DNA from: Octopus sinensis
Lineage: Eukaryota
Reading direction: 5' to 3'
NCBI RefSeq assembly: GCF_006345805.1
Contig: NC_043002.1
Coordinates: 94,798,001 to 94,862,000, forward strand
DNA: 64,000 nt
The position numbers and the translations under genes were made by a program. The notes under the pieces were generated by a model. The model ran no database searches. It was not told where the DNA came from and was given only the letters and a program-made list of their open reading frames with translations. Positions 24,649 to 38,270 of the stretch are shown here, one piece after another (position 1 is the stretch's first letter; each line of letters begins with the position of its first letter).

Positions 24649-25162
24649 TTGTAGTTTAAATATATTAAATCAATACAATATTGAGTTTGTAATAGATGAA
24701 ATGATTGTCACCAATATTTTGGCACAAGCTCACGACTCTCTTGTGTTAAAACTTCACAATATTCATTATCATTTTTAATGTCCACTTTTCCATGCTTGCA
24801 TGGGTTGGATAGAATTTGTTGTAGATTTCCTCCAGCTGTATGCTTTTCCTGTTGCCAACCCTCACTTATTTCTAAGTCAGGTATTATTTCTCCATGACCA
24901 GACTTGCCTCAGGTGACTGGAAATGAAAAACACTGCTTGCACAATGTTGGCACTCACCTATGAACCACGTGATGTCAATACAAAGAGATAATAGCATGCA
25001 CACACACACACACATACACAGATGGCTTTGTTTCTGTCTCCCAAATCTACTCACATGGCTTTGGTCAGCTTGGGGCTAAGGTACCACACAATGAGACTGA
25101 ACCCAAGACCATGTGGTTAGGAAGAAAGATTCTTGCCACACAGCATCGTGATATGATGCAAT

Positions 25163-25410
25163 GAGGCGCTTGGTTTAGTGGTTAGGGTGTCAGCATCATG
25201 ATAGTAAGATTGTGGTTTCAATTCGTGGACTGGGCGACGCGTTGCGTTCTTGAGCAAAACACTTCATTTCATGTTGCTCCAGTCCACTCAGCTGGCAAAA
25301 ATGAGTAACGCTCCGATGGACTAGCGTCCCATCCAGCTGGGGAGCACATACACCATAGAAACCGGGAAATCGGGCCCATGATTCTGGCTAGGCTTTAAAA
25401 AGGGTGCATT
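25163..25410 (+). mobile_element. tRNA-derived CORE-like SINE
   Basis: gaggcgcttggtttagtggttagg head, ttgagcaaaacacttcattt core-like segment, gatggactagcgtcccatccag tail. Confidence 0.8.
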
Positions 25411-25571
25411 TATATATATATATATATTAATTGAGTAGTTGAATGAATTATCTTATTATCTTATAATGCACCCCTTATTCCTTCGAAATTAGGAATATGC
25501 AGCCTTCGAAACATATGTCGAAAATAAAATAAAGGAATTTTGTTAATTCGTCGTTCAACTCCATTCTTTCA

Positions 25572-25611
<40 letters not shown>

Positions 25612-26061
25612 TATATATGTATATATGTTTTTTTTTATTATTTACAGAGCAGGGTTATTAGTATAGAAAGGTTTAATATTCTATATGGCTAAGTGATATT
25701 AGTGTGATATTGTATAGTTTTCTGTATAGACCAGTGATATGTGATGTTGTGAATATTATATATAGGAATATTATATATAGAACAGTAATGTGGTGAAGAA
25801 ATTCTTCATTGACAGATGATTTTCTCTTGAGACAGTGTTACCAACTAGTTGATAAATAGTTATTTTTTGTCATAAAATTGTAGTGTGTAGGTGGTGACAG
25901 TTATAGTAAGCAAAATAACTGAAGTAAGTCATTTGGTTTTCTGTTTTGATAATTACTGAAGTCTATAAACACCGGAACTATGAATATACAGAAAAAGAAA
26001 GAAAAGGTTTACTTGATGTGAATGAATAAATAAATAAATAAATGTGTGTGTGTATAAACTA

Positions 26062-26206
26062 GCTGCAGATGTGGGTGTGTGGTAAAAAGCTTGCTTCCCA
26101 ACCACATGGTTCTAGGTTCAGTCCCACTGTGTGCCACCTACTACAGTTTTGGGGCCAAACAAAGCTTTGTGAGTGGATTTGGTAGATAGAAACTGAAAGA
26201 AGCCTG

Positions 26207-26256
<50 letters not shown>

Positions 26257-26415
26257 CTTTGTCTTTTTGTTCACCAGCGTTGGTGTATTTATATTCCTGT
26301 AACTTAGTGGTTTGGCAAAAGATGATCAACAAAATAAGTACTGGGTTGATTTGTTTGACTAAAAATTCTTCAAGGCTGTGCCTCAGCATGGCCATAGTCT
26401 AATGACTGAAATAGG
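26062..26415 (+). mobile_element. SINE family A, diverged
   Basis: Similarity to 19162. Confidence 0.85.
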
Positions 26416-26662
26416 TAATATACATATATATGGAGAACAGCTTTTATTTTAGACATCAAATATATAATTGTATTCTGACTTAATCTTTTGTTCTGAAGGT
26501 TTTTTTTCCATGCAAAAATAAGAAAAAAGCATTGCTACAAAAGACACTGTATAGAACATATGACCGTTTTAGTTTAATTTATAGAACTAGAGTAATCATG
26601 TTTTCTATACAATTCACACATATATCATCACCTTCCATGCTGGCATACACACACACGCGCGC

Positions 26663-26717
<55 letters not shown>

Positions 26718-26992
26718 TAATATAAATAATATATAAATATATGCATATATACATACATATACGTACATACCTACATATATATGTATATATACATTGCATT
26801 TATAGGTATGGGACATCAAAAAAATGCTGAACACAATGAGAAATGGAAACATAAAAACAAAAACATAAAAAACAACCTTTTTTGCAAACAATGAAAAAAA
26901 AAACAGAGAGAAGCGAGACATGCATCATAAAGAATATTCCCCTTCATCAGTTGTCCCTGTTTCATCTACTCTGTGTTTTCAAGGCAATATAT

Positions 26993-27280
26993 ATCATCAT
27001 CATCATCGCTTAACGTCCGTTTTCCATGCTAGCACGGGTTGGATGGTTCGACCGGGGTCTGGGAAGCCAGGAGGCTGCACCAGGCTCAAGTCTGATCTGG
27101 CAGTGTTTCTACAGCTGGATGCCTTTCCTAACGCCAATCACTCCGTGAGTGTAGTGAGTGCTTTTTACGTGCCTTTTACGTGCTACCGGCACAGAAGCCA
27201 GTGAAGGCGGCGCTGGTATTGGCCACGTTCGGATGGTGCTTTTTATGTGCCACCGGCACAAGTATCACAACTACAATTTC
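26993..27280 (-). mobile_element. SINE family B
   Basis: (CAT)n then cgcttaacgtccgttttccatgctagc. Confidence 0.9.
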
Positions 27281-27307
27281 CAATGTATATATATATATAT
27301 ATATATA

Positions 27308-29641
27308 TAGTAGAAACTCGCAGGATGAGTGCATCATAGCATGAGCAATTTGCTGTACGAGCTGAGGCTTGTGCAAATTTTTGTCTTGCAGTATGAGTAA
27401 GTTTCATACAAGCAACTGCTAGTTGGCGCTCAGCTCGCACATGCTCTTCCAACAAGCGCAGCCTCTGCTTGCTCAGTTCATGTTCTTATTTCATGGCAGC
27501 ATCCCTATTGGGGTTTTTCCCAGTACTTTTTTTTAGTTTTGTGCGCCTTTGCTATTATTATATAATAATTAGTTGTGTTAACCATGGGTCCTAAGAAGGT
27601 TAGTGCAAAGGACATTACTGAGAAGAAAAAGCTGATTATGATAGAATTGAAGAAGGAAATCATTGATAAGCATAAGAGAGGTGTGTAGTGGACATTGCAT
27701 GTCAATATGGCCGAAACATCGATGATCTGCACCATCCTGAAGAAAATGGATGAGATCAAGGTTGTTAAAACAGCCAAAGGTTGTCTCCAGGCTCTCTAAG
27801 CAACACACATCTGTCCATAAAGAAATGGAAAAATTGCTTCTCCTGTGGATCAACAAGAAGCAACTTGCAGGGGATATGATGACGGAGACCATCATCTACG
27901 AGAAAGCATGAGCACTGCATGGGGTTCTCCTGAAGCAGAACCCTGGAACGACGACAGATGACATCAGCAGATGGACTTAAGGCCAGTTGAAGCTGGTTTG
28001 ATAATTTCAAGAAGAGGATTGGTGTTCATAGTGTCGTCAGAAATGGAGAAGCAGCGAGTTCTGACATGAAGGCAGCTGAGGATTTTATGCATGAATTCCA
28101 TTAGCTCATTGCAGCCAAGGGGTAGATTGCACAACAGGTATTCAACTGCGATGAAACTGACCTTTGGCCTATTTTTGGGAAAAAATGCCCAGAAGAACCT
28201 ACATAACTGCAGAGAAGAAGATACCAGGCCACCAATGCAAATGGAGACTTGAAGATTAAGCCACTCCTTGTCTACCATTCAAAAAGTCCACGAGCATTCA
28301 AGTTGCACAAAATCCTGAAAGAGAGGCTGCATGTCATGTGGACAGCAAATATTAAAGCCTGTGTCACCAGGCAATTCTTCATCGAGTGGGTCAAAATTGT
28401 CTTTGGACCAGCAGTGCAAAAGTACCTTCTGAAGAACGATCTTCCTCTCAAGGCCCCCCCTCATCCTCGACAGTGTTCCTGCTCACCCTTCTAACCTTGA
28501 AGATGACATCCTGGATGAATTTAAAAGTTCTGTACCTTTCACACAACACCACCCCTATCTTGCAGCCCATAGACCAACAGATGGTTTCTAATTTTCAGAA
28601 ATTGTACCCCAAACACCTGTTTCAGCAATGCTTTGATGTCACTGAAAATACAAATCTAACCCTTCATGAGCTTTGGAAGGAGCACTACAACATTGTTTAC
28701 TGCCTGTAAATCATTGATATGGCCTGGCAGGGTGTGATGAGAATGCTGAATTCTGCATGGAGGAAACTTTGGCCTGGCAGTGTATCCGAAAGACACTTAA
28801 AGGGGTTTGAGTCTGAGATACCTGTAGCTGAGGAGGTAATGTCTCTTGGCAAGTCCATGAGCTTCAAGGTTGGTGATGGGGACATAAATCATCTTGAGGA
28901 ACATTCAGGGGAGCTGACGATAGATGAACTCATGCAGCTTCAGGAGCAGCAGCATTTGAATGTCGTGGAAGAGATTGGTTCCCCCAGAAGAGGACAGTAT
29001 AGCAGAGAAGGCTATCTCTACGAGTGACATAAAGACAGTGTTGGCAAAGTGGCAGCATATTTCTGAATTTGTGGAAAAAAAATCACCTTGAAAAAATATC
29101 TACAGGTCATGCAGCTGCTTTATTTAATGACACAGCTATGGCACTTTTTGTAACATTTTGAAAGGCAGGAAAAAGCAAACTTCTCTTGGTATGTTGCTAA
29201 TGAAATTATCTGCAAGTGTGGAAAGTGAAGAAAGTGACCAAGAAAGCCTACATTGAGCGAAGTGAGAGAGAAATTGTTCTTTCTGAAGTCTTAATGAAAA
29301 GAGATTCTCCTTCCAAACAGTAATTCTCCTCTTCCTCAACATGTCATCGTCTTCCTCACACACAAATCATTCCGTCTTTAAGGTAATTCAATTAATAAAA
29401 CCAATTTACATATTTCTTTTGCATTCTCTGTTATTATGTTTTTATAATTGTAATTTCCCTTGTAATCATACCTTTCCATTTTAAAACCCATAAAAAATGA
29501 TTTTTGGGTGGTTTTGTAGGGCTAGAACAGATTAATTATATTTTAATTAATTTCAATGGGAAAAAATTGATCTGCAAACCAAGTAAATCGTAAAATGAGC
29601 TCGGTTATGGAATGAATCAAACTCGTACTGCAAGGTATCAC

Positions 29642-29643
<2 letters not shown>
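27308..29643 (+). mobile_element. Tigger/pogo DNA transposon, decayed full-length copy
   Basis: Degenerate TIRs (tagtagaaactcgcaggatgag / ctcgtactgcaaggtatcactg) next to TA-rich flanks, enclosing a transposase pseudogene. Confidence 0.85.
27584..29270 (+). pseudogene. Tigger-type CENP-B/DDE transposase pseudogene
   Basis: MGPKKVSAK start, WFDNFKKRIGVHSVVRNGEAAS, QVFNCDET, KIKPLLVYHSKSPRAFK, NTTPILQPIDQ; multiple stops and frameshifts. Confidence 0.9.
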
Positions 29644-29684
<41 letters not shown>

Positions 29685-30730
29685 CTACATGTGTATCGTT
29701 AGCAATTTTCTTTCTCCGTCTTCCCTTCCTTGGACCTTTCCCTTTTCTATGTTTTTGATGAAGAGCTCTGCTTGAAATGTTAAATCCTCCTTTCTTTCCT
29801 TTCCTGAGTGTCCAATAACACTACACTTGTTCCACGTCCTCGCGTTGTTGCATTTTCTCTTTGTTCATGTTTGGATTAACTATATATATATATATATATA
29901 TTGCTGTGTCTCAGAAGAGTTATGCCAATATAATTAACCCGGACATATACACTAGTTCAGTTCTGCTCCTTTTCTTTATTATTATTTAATTGGTTAAATA
30001 GCCAACTAACTAATTTGTTTTTGTTTGTCAAAGCTCTTTCGTTGCTATGAAATGACTATGTTCAATGGCTGTAGTTGCATGTAGCAACAAAAGAGCTTTG
30101 ACAAACAAAAAAAAATGAGTTAGCTGGGTATTTAATCAAGTCACTAATATTAAAGGAATGGAATTGAACCAGTGTGTGTGTGTGCATGTTAATTATATTG
30201 GCATAATGACTCTCCCTAGACACAACAAAATTTGTTTCAACATATGAATTCACATTAAGAATCTTGCAAACCAGGTACAAAAACAAAGTATAAATATATT
30301 GATACATTTTGGGATGGTAATTTTTTTTCTCCTGTTAAGTAAACACATACACTCTAGATTTTTTCTTCACTTGTTTATTACTGTTCTTAGTGTACCTCAT
30401 TTCCATTGTCCAGAAATCTTTTGTCACACATCTGTGACCTCTTCAGCAACACTTCTTGCCTTCGTGTGTGCTCTTGCACACACAAAGACAGAAAGTTTTA
30501 CTCTTGCACACAAAGACAGAAAGTGTTGCTGAAGAGGTCACAAATGTATGATGAAAGATTTCTGAACAATGGACATGAGTTAGAATAAGAACGGTAATGA
30601 ACAAGTCAAGAATAAATCTATCATGTGTGTGTGTGTGTGTGTTTAACTGGCAAAGGAAAAAAAAAACATCTCGAAATACAGTATGTTTCAACACATGGTT
30701 TCACATCAGGAATCTTGCAACACAGATTCA
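29685..30730. mobile_element. Cluster of decayed PLE-like repeats with two inverted-repeat pairs (29900-30060/30070-30225; 30340-30470/30505-30645)
   Basis: Visible inverted arms; HHR-like motifs at 29751-29785(+), ~30405-30452(-), ~30524-30572(+). Confidence 0.6.
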
Positions 30731-33700
30731 TAAACGTGTGTGTGTGTGTGTGTGTACAAAATCCAGATGCTCATAATTCTGGTTCATTACAGATATAAAT
30801 GTTTTCATGTAATAATGTTGTTCAAATGTAAAGAATCCATAGAGTTTGTTTAACTTTTTCATTATTGTTATCTTCCCATGTCCATTTTCCATACTGTTAA
30901 GAGCTAAATAGGTTGCTATGGTTGGAGTCAGCACATATTTGTGAGGTAGTTCACCTTGGTGGTTTGGAAGACTGCAGCTTACTTACATTTCATTTTTGGC
31001 TTGGTTTCTGTGGCTAGATGTCCTTCCTAACATAAATCACTTTATGGAGGTGCATTTTTCATGGCACCAACATTAGAAGGGTAGCCATGTTCACGACGTG
31101 TTTAAAGACCTCTTTAATCTGCATGTCTCTTCTTGCTCGTCAGCCTATTTACTAATGAGGAATGAGTGTTAGGGGTAATGTGAGATACATATGTATATTC
31201 AAGACATGACTAAGAGAAAAGGGTGATGGCAGAAGCAGTGTGACTCAGAAGATAGTGATGACAGAGACTTGGGAAATGGGGGGGGGGATAGATGAACAAA
31301 AGTATGATGACAAAGAAAAATGAAGTGTGTATGTTATAACTGTTCCTGTGTAGCCACTTATGTGTAAGTTTGAGATGGGCCAGAGATGTCAAGTTATCAG
31401 AGTAGTGGCAAAAGGAATGAAAAGTTGAATTCTGTACTAGTGAATGACACTTACAATTAACACTATAATAACTACTGTTAATAATTATTAAGACCATAGT
31501 GTCAGTTTTGAGGTTTAAATTTCTGTCCTTTTGGTGATTAGTTATGCAAGCTGTTCACCTTAGAATTTTCCTGTTATTATTAAAGAAACTAAAAATAAAT
31601 CTAGTCCAGACATCATTTCTATTCTTTTATGCTTCTCAATAAGTACATGCTGATAGTTTCTTATGCTACTCAAAACTCATTATTTTGCTCTTTTATAGTC
31701 CATCTTATGAAACTCTAACGTTTTCCAGTAACAGATGTCTAAATTTTTAATCAGAATTTTTTCTCTTTTGCTTATTTAATTTTTTTTTCTTTTTTATAGA
31801 ATTCTAAAGAAACATTTCTATTAATTGCATTGATTAATAACATGTACTCCAGCAGCATTGCTTGTAGAATTATAGTTTCTATGCCATTATTTTATGTTCA
31901 GAAATTCTTTCAACTGTTTTGAACTTGTCTTTAATCTATAAGCTATGTACTGTTTTATTTCCTTGTATAACTTTGATTTTTACATGAGGTTTTAACTAGT
32001 ACTGTTTTGGTGTTGCAAGGAAATAAACATAGGATTAATCTTGATTTCCAATTGAGTTTTTATTTCACACTTCAATCAAATTTTGTAAAGTGTGGTTAAC
32101 ATGCAAAAAGTTTTCCAGTTAAGACACATTTTCTTAACCACTAAACTTTAAATTTGTTTCCAAACTGATATTTCAAATTATATACCCTGGATAAATAAAA
32201 ATGATTAATTTCTTGTTGAATCAGAAACACATGATTAAATTTGTTTGCAAAACTGAGAATGAAGAAAATAATTTTGTAATAAACAAGGTCATACCCAATG
32301 CTAAATGAATGTTGGTTGATTAAACTAGCTTATCAAACATTCTTTAAGCTTTAACATTTAATAGAGAAAAACTAGTACTTAAATTGTAAATTGAAGGATT
32401 TCATGGTTTTGAATTTCAGTCATATCACTAACTTGGCTTAATATCATTTTGGTACCTATAAAATAAACTCCAGTGACATAGTTGGACAAATGAATTTAAG
32501 AAAGCTAAATCACAACTGCAATGGTTACATTTGTGTAGTAGAAAGCTTCTGTCAACTCGTACAAGTTGAAGTATTGTATTTCAGTTGACTGACTTTACTA
32601 CCATGCAAAGGATATTCGCGCTTTGTGAATTTCCTATCTCTCAATATTCATTGTTGGTTTCATTTACATGCAAGTCATTAATAAAACTGGATAAGCCAAT
32701 AAAATAAGCATTTCATTTTATATTGTTATTTGTATTCATTTCATAAGGATGTTTTAAGTTGTTCTCATTGGACACTTAGGCACTACTCTAGGATGTAGTG
32801 TATGTAACAAAATTTATTGGGAGAATGTATTCTTGAAGAGTATTAAAATATCCATGAAAGATTTGAGTGATTTCGTGATATCTTTGAAGGATCTGATAAA
32901 AAAAAAAAAAAGAGTGAGCTTTTTCTAATATGAAAAAGATATGAATATACATGTTGTAAAAATTATGTAGTAAACATATTTTGGCTTTTAATCTTCCTTT
33001 AATGAGTAAATAAATGATTTTTGGTGAAAAAATGCAATTGCTGTTGATGTGTTTTACTATTTACTGAAGAAATAAGCAAAATGAAATTGTTATGACTCAT
33101 CAGTGCTGGCCTGATTATGTGAGCTATTTAGCAAAAAGCAACAGAACAGAGAAGTGGGTGGAGAGGACTCTAAATGAAGAAGTGACTAGAATCTAAGTTC
33201 ATACCAAGACACAAATGTTCTAAACTTGTAATATATTTTGCAAACACTTGGTATTCCAAAGAGTATTGCTTGGAATTTTGCATGGTAGCTTTGTTAAATA
33301 CTGGTGTAAATTTAGATGAGTCTTCTCTCTCTATGCAAAAATTAAATTTTGTGTCCATGTTCAAAATTATATCTCCAAAATAGTCTCCCAATATTAATTT
33401 TCATTAGTATTATGATGACGTATGGCAGCCTTGTGGTCCCTTCATTCTCTTTAATGAAATCCAGTTGCTACATTTACTCTGCTTTTAACTGTTGAAATGA
33501 AAATTCATCCATGGTAGGATTGATAGAAACTTGTAGCATTTAGTTGAGTTCTGATTTCATATTCTACCAGGTTTGACTTGGTTTTTCAGCCTCTGGGTTC
33601 AAGAAAATGTCAGTAAAAATACTGGGGTAGATTTAGTTGATGTTTTTTTCTTCCTCCTTGTAAAAATTGATGGTTTTGTATTTGTTAGAAGTTATACATA

Positions 33701-34559
33701 ACACTCCCAGCTCCAAAAGAAAACTCCAGTTATCAGTTTTTGCTAGCATAATGATGACTCCCTTTTTTAATCTGCGCAATTTAATATGCAGAAGTTTGTA
33801 TGTTAGTGTCTATCTAATTGTCTTCATTCCAGATAATTTTATTAGCCATTGAATTTTTCATTTTCATCTAATCATTCATGCGATCTTATCCTTGATGCTA
33901 TCTACAATCAGCTAATTAATTAATTGAAACCCTTTGGGCAGCATAATTGATTATATAGTCAAATAATAAAAAAAAAAGTTTATATCCTTATTTAAACCAA
34001 CTTTGAAATTGCAGTGAAAGTTCTTTTACAAAATCAGATCACTACTACCAGAGGTGGAAAAAAGAAGACTTCCAAAATTGAATATATTATATACAACTTA
34101 AACTGAAAGCATTGTGCATAACAACATGGACTTAAGCATTATGCATAACATGGACTGAGGGCGTTGAGGATATCTTTATCCCCCTGGCCCAACAGTCTTG
34201 GAGGCCTAGTTAAGTGTCATGGGCACCACCTTCTCCTTTGATTAAAAGATGAATAAAACAAATGTATAGCAAATTCAGAATAAACATTGGTACCTTTTAT
34301 CTTTTTTATTCTATTTCTGTTCTTCATAATCTCATTAATTATTGAGAATTAAGATCCTTATCCTTTTCTTCTTTATGACTTCTAATGTAATTCAGTTGTC
34401 TACTAAAGTGTAACCAACAAGTCTGTTAATCCTGACTCCTGTGAATTTAAAGATAAAATGTCTACAATAATTTAGATATCAGTAAAGTAAGGGTTTGATT
34501 TAATAAACTTCTAATAATTTTATTGTTTAGAAAACTCTAGTATGTGCAGTGAAACCCAA

Positions 34560-34920
34560 GGCCACTTGGGAAAAGGTTTACCAAGAACATGCACAAACTG
34601 GCTGACACTTGATTTAAAGATCTCCTTGGCCAGTGTAGAGACGATGTTGAGGAGTCACAGCAGGGCTGGTACTTGGTGGCAGGGCCTGCTCATAACTTCA
34701 GCTCCTTTGTAGACCTGACAGTTAAGGACAAATGACCTCCAGCAGAGGTGATGATGATGCCGTCGATCACCTTCTGGGTGTAGTCATCCAAACTGTGCCA
34801 AGTCCTGTGATGGATATGTTTGCAGGGGAACCAGGTGTTAACAATATAGAGATTGTTGTAGCAGCATAGGGGCAGCAGGCAATTACTGTTGTCATTGATG
34901 GATGGATTGACAAAGGTTGT
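34560..34920 (-). pseudogene. RTE-like LINE endonuclease fragment
   Basis: VNTWFPCKHIHHRTWHSLDDYTQKVIDGIII resembles the C-terminal part of an APE endonuclease. Confidence 0.7.
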
Positions 34921-34939
34921 GTCAATGGGCTGAGTCTCA

Positions 34940-35170
34940 TTTGATGCAGCAGCAGTGGGTTGGAAGAAGCCCTGTGGCCAGCCCTGCACCAGATGGCTAG
35001 ACAGAATTAAGGAAGATCTCCAGAAGTTGATGTGATATTGGCAGGTGCTGAGAGGCTGGGATGGGACCACCAGCGATGGGGAGCATGGGTGAATCTGCTT
35101 GACTCTATACTCAATGAGGTCTCTGGGACCACTAACCTGGGATAACCCCAGTCCTATCAAACAAGAGTAT
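34940..35170 (+). pseudogene. RTE-like LINE 3' end fragment
   Basis: WKKPCGQPCTRWLDRIKEDL; homologous to 62690-62915. Confidence 0.7.
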
Positions 35171-35498
35171 GAAACAAGCAGCAGCAGTTTAAAAAATTTG
35201 AGTTGTACTTTGGTTGGCTTATTCAGAGATGCAAGACCTGTAACCCTTGTAGGTCAGATATGCAATACTTATAATTCTTTTTGAGGGCCTCCAAGAGTGG
35301 TGGAAGGGAGAAAGTTTTCCGTGCACTAGAAGGGTGGGGCTTGGACATAGATACATGCAAAAGAACCAGGTGATGCTATAAATTAATAAAACCAATTAAG
35401 TCTACCCCACAAGAATAAGAATGGTAACTTTGACAGGCTTGTGCAGTTTCTGCCTGTTAGCTATCCATAATACTAGCCAAAAATGTTGCACTGTGGAA

Positions 35499-35715
35499 TT
35501 AACCCCTTGGTATTTAGATTTTTTCTATCAAATGTAATACTTATTCATCCAAATTGTTTTAAATTAATTGTGCATTATATTGCAACTTTGAGATTTTGAT
35601 GATGTGACTGCTTATTTTTAGAATGACATGGTAGGGTAGGTACAAGTGGTCTGGCTAATTTTGAACGTAAAACAAGATGGGTTGGATATGGATGGTTTAA
35701 TTGCTAAACAGTTAA
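35499..35715 (+). mobile_element. piggyBac-like MITE (family 3), diverged
   Basis: TTAA-CCC... ends; body matches 41328-41555. Confidence 0.7.
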
Positions 35716-35964
35716 ACCTAACATCACATAGTTGCAAACCAAACTTCTTCACTACACAGCTGTACCTATCACCAATACTGAAAGCTGTTTGAATTCTAAA
35801 AAATTAACTGAGTTCTTTCTACAGTAGTTACTTTAACACTTTAAATCAAGTGTTTCTCACAACAGGGAGCCCGAAAAGGAGCCAAATAAGTTCCCATCTT
35901 TTATCATTTTTACTTGTTTCAGTCATTGGGCTGTGACCATGCTGGGGCACTGGCACTGTCTTGC

Positions 35965-36272
35965 CATCATCATCGTTTAACATCCGTTTTCCATGCTAGC
36001 ATGGGTTGGATGGTTTTGACTGAGGGCTGGCAACCAGATGGTTGCACCAGGCTCCAGTCTTGATCTGGCAGAGTTTCTACAGCAGGATGCCCTTCCTAAC
36101 ACCAACCACTCCGAGAGTGTAGTGGGTGCTTTTTACGTGCCACCTGCACGGGGGCCAGTCAGGCGGTACTGGCAATGACCTCGCTCGAATCTTTTTACAC
36201 GTGCCACCAACACAGGTGCCAGTGAAGCGACGTCGGTAACAATCACGCTCGAATGGTGCCCTTTTACGTGCC
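35965..36272 (-). mobile_element. SINE family B
   Basis: (CAT)n plus conserved body. Confidence 0.9.
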
Positions 36273-36975
36273 CCGGGTAAAATTAAGATGGTTTTAAATT
36301 TATAAAATTTGCTCGAGTTAGTGCTCTTTTCAGTTTAGTGCTCTTTCCATGACTTTGTTTCTTCATAAATAATTTTTTTTAATATTGCGTATTTTCACAT
36401 GCACAAAAAAGAATTGCTCAAATTCCCTCTAAAAATAAAATTTGTTTCAGAGCTTAAACTCTGGCTATTTATTTATTCTTGTTTATCATTGAATTACAGT
36501 GTTATGCTAAATCATATTAACCCTTTTGGACCCGTTTTTATGTAACTACATGATTTGTAGTTTATTCAAAAGAAGTATACTACCTTCATCCCACCCTTAG
36601 TATGATATATTTCAGTATGTATTGTTAAAAGAATCCTTTGAGAAAGGTTTGTTAGAAATGTTAGGACATTATAAGGTGTAAAATTACATTAATCTTTACT
36701 CTGTGATTAATGGGGTTTTTTATCGACGATATATGCAAAGAATCAGGAAAGCATATATAATTTATTGTAAAACTAAACCTTGCTTAATTCAAAATAGTAA
36801 TTAGAAAATGAAAATAGCTTACCACTTAAACCAAATCACCTATTAATTACCAAAATTGTTTTTATGCAAATGATGGATTAACATAATCAAAAGTTATGCC
36901 AATGTTGGTATTATGTTGTTTATTCCATCAGTTAAGTGCCAAGAACTACTTCATCATGAAGAAATATACTGGAGA

Positions 36976-37006
<31 letters not shown>

Positions 37007-37837
37007 ACACATACGTATGTACACACACGTGTATATAAGTCTGTATATATATACACACACACACACATCCACATTATCTTTGCATTATTTTATTTTTATT
37101 ATTTTTGTGATTTAGATGAACTTTCTTCCACAGTAGATTGCAATAAATAAAAGTAAATAACATAAACAATAAAAATCAAGGTAGATGAATGATGTAGTGT
37201 TGGATTTCTATTCAGATTATTTTGCAGATATTGTATTTTGCTCTGTGATAACTTTATATTAATTTGTTATTGGGATGTTCAGTTGTTAAAGAAGTATACA
37301 TTGGTTGTTATATTGTAGTCCTAGTTCAGCCCTGGTGAGTTAGATAGACATTATGATCAGAGTTCATTCTAGACACGACCATGCCATCTGAAGTAACAAA
37401 GTACTCAGAACAACTTACCCAATATGTCTTTTTATGAGATGCTAGTGTGTGGTTTAAATAAGATTTGACTATTAATACCAGCAGGGTGAATAACCACATA
37501 ATGGCCTCTTTCAAAGAGCTAGTTGTTGCAGGTTGTGATTTGAGTGAGATTTAGCTGCTATTTCTGAAAGACCAAGCAGCCAAATTAGGGCTCCTCTTCT
37601 ATCATATGGCTAGGTTGCTGTAAGGTGTAATTTGAAGATTTTACCATTTCTTTGCTAACAGGCAAGAAAACTTTCATGTAGTCTAGTTGTGGGCAGCAAA
37701 ATATACAATTTTTAAAGAAAATTTTGTCAGTAAACTTTTGAAAATTTGTTTTGTCAAATTCTTCAGGTATAGAATCATAAAACTCACTGCAGAGTGTACT
37801 CCTGTTCCTGCTTCTTTATATCACTGATCATATCTGA

Positions 37838-38270
37838 CAGGCATAGATGTGTAGTAAGAAGCTTGCTTCCCAAGGACATAGTTTTGGTTTCAATCCCACT
37901 GCATGACACTTTGGTTAAGTGGCTTCTGCTATTGCCTCAGGCAATAGTAGAAGACACTTGCCCAAAGCCTTATGAGTGGATTTGGTTGACAGAAACTGAA
38001 AGAAGCCTGTCACACATAGATGTGTATATGTCTGTGTGTATGTGTCTTTGTCTACATGTTTGTTCCCAGTCACTGCTTGACAACTGGCATTGGTTTGTTG
38101 ACGTCCCTATAACTAAGCAGTTCAGCAAGAGAGATTGATAGAATAAAAATCAAGCTTCAAGCTTTAAAAGAAAAAAAACGTACTGGGATTGTTCTCTTCT
38201 GCTAAACCCTTCAAGTTGGTGCCCCAGCATGACTGCAGTTTGATGTCTGAAAGAAGTAAAAGATAAAAGA
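37838..38270 (+). mobile_element. SINE family A, diverged
   Basis: Head, body and tail recognisable. Confidence 0.8.

Noticed and set aside
25495-25530. GAAA-catatg-TC half hammerhead
   Set aside because: No upstream CUGANGA; at most a truncated relic
26935-26990. Minus-strand CTGATGAagg preceded by ccttGAAA (permuted HHR?)
   Set aside because: Could not build stems I and III
27584-29270. Domesticated TIGD/CENP-B gene
   Set aside because: Many stops and frameshifts, and TIR remnants are still present
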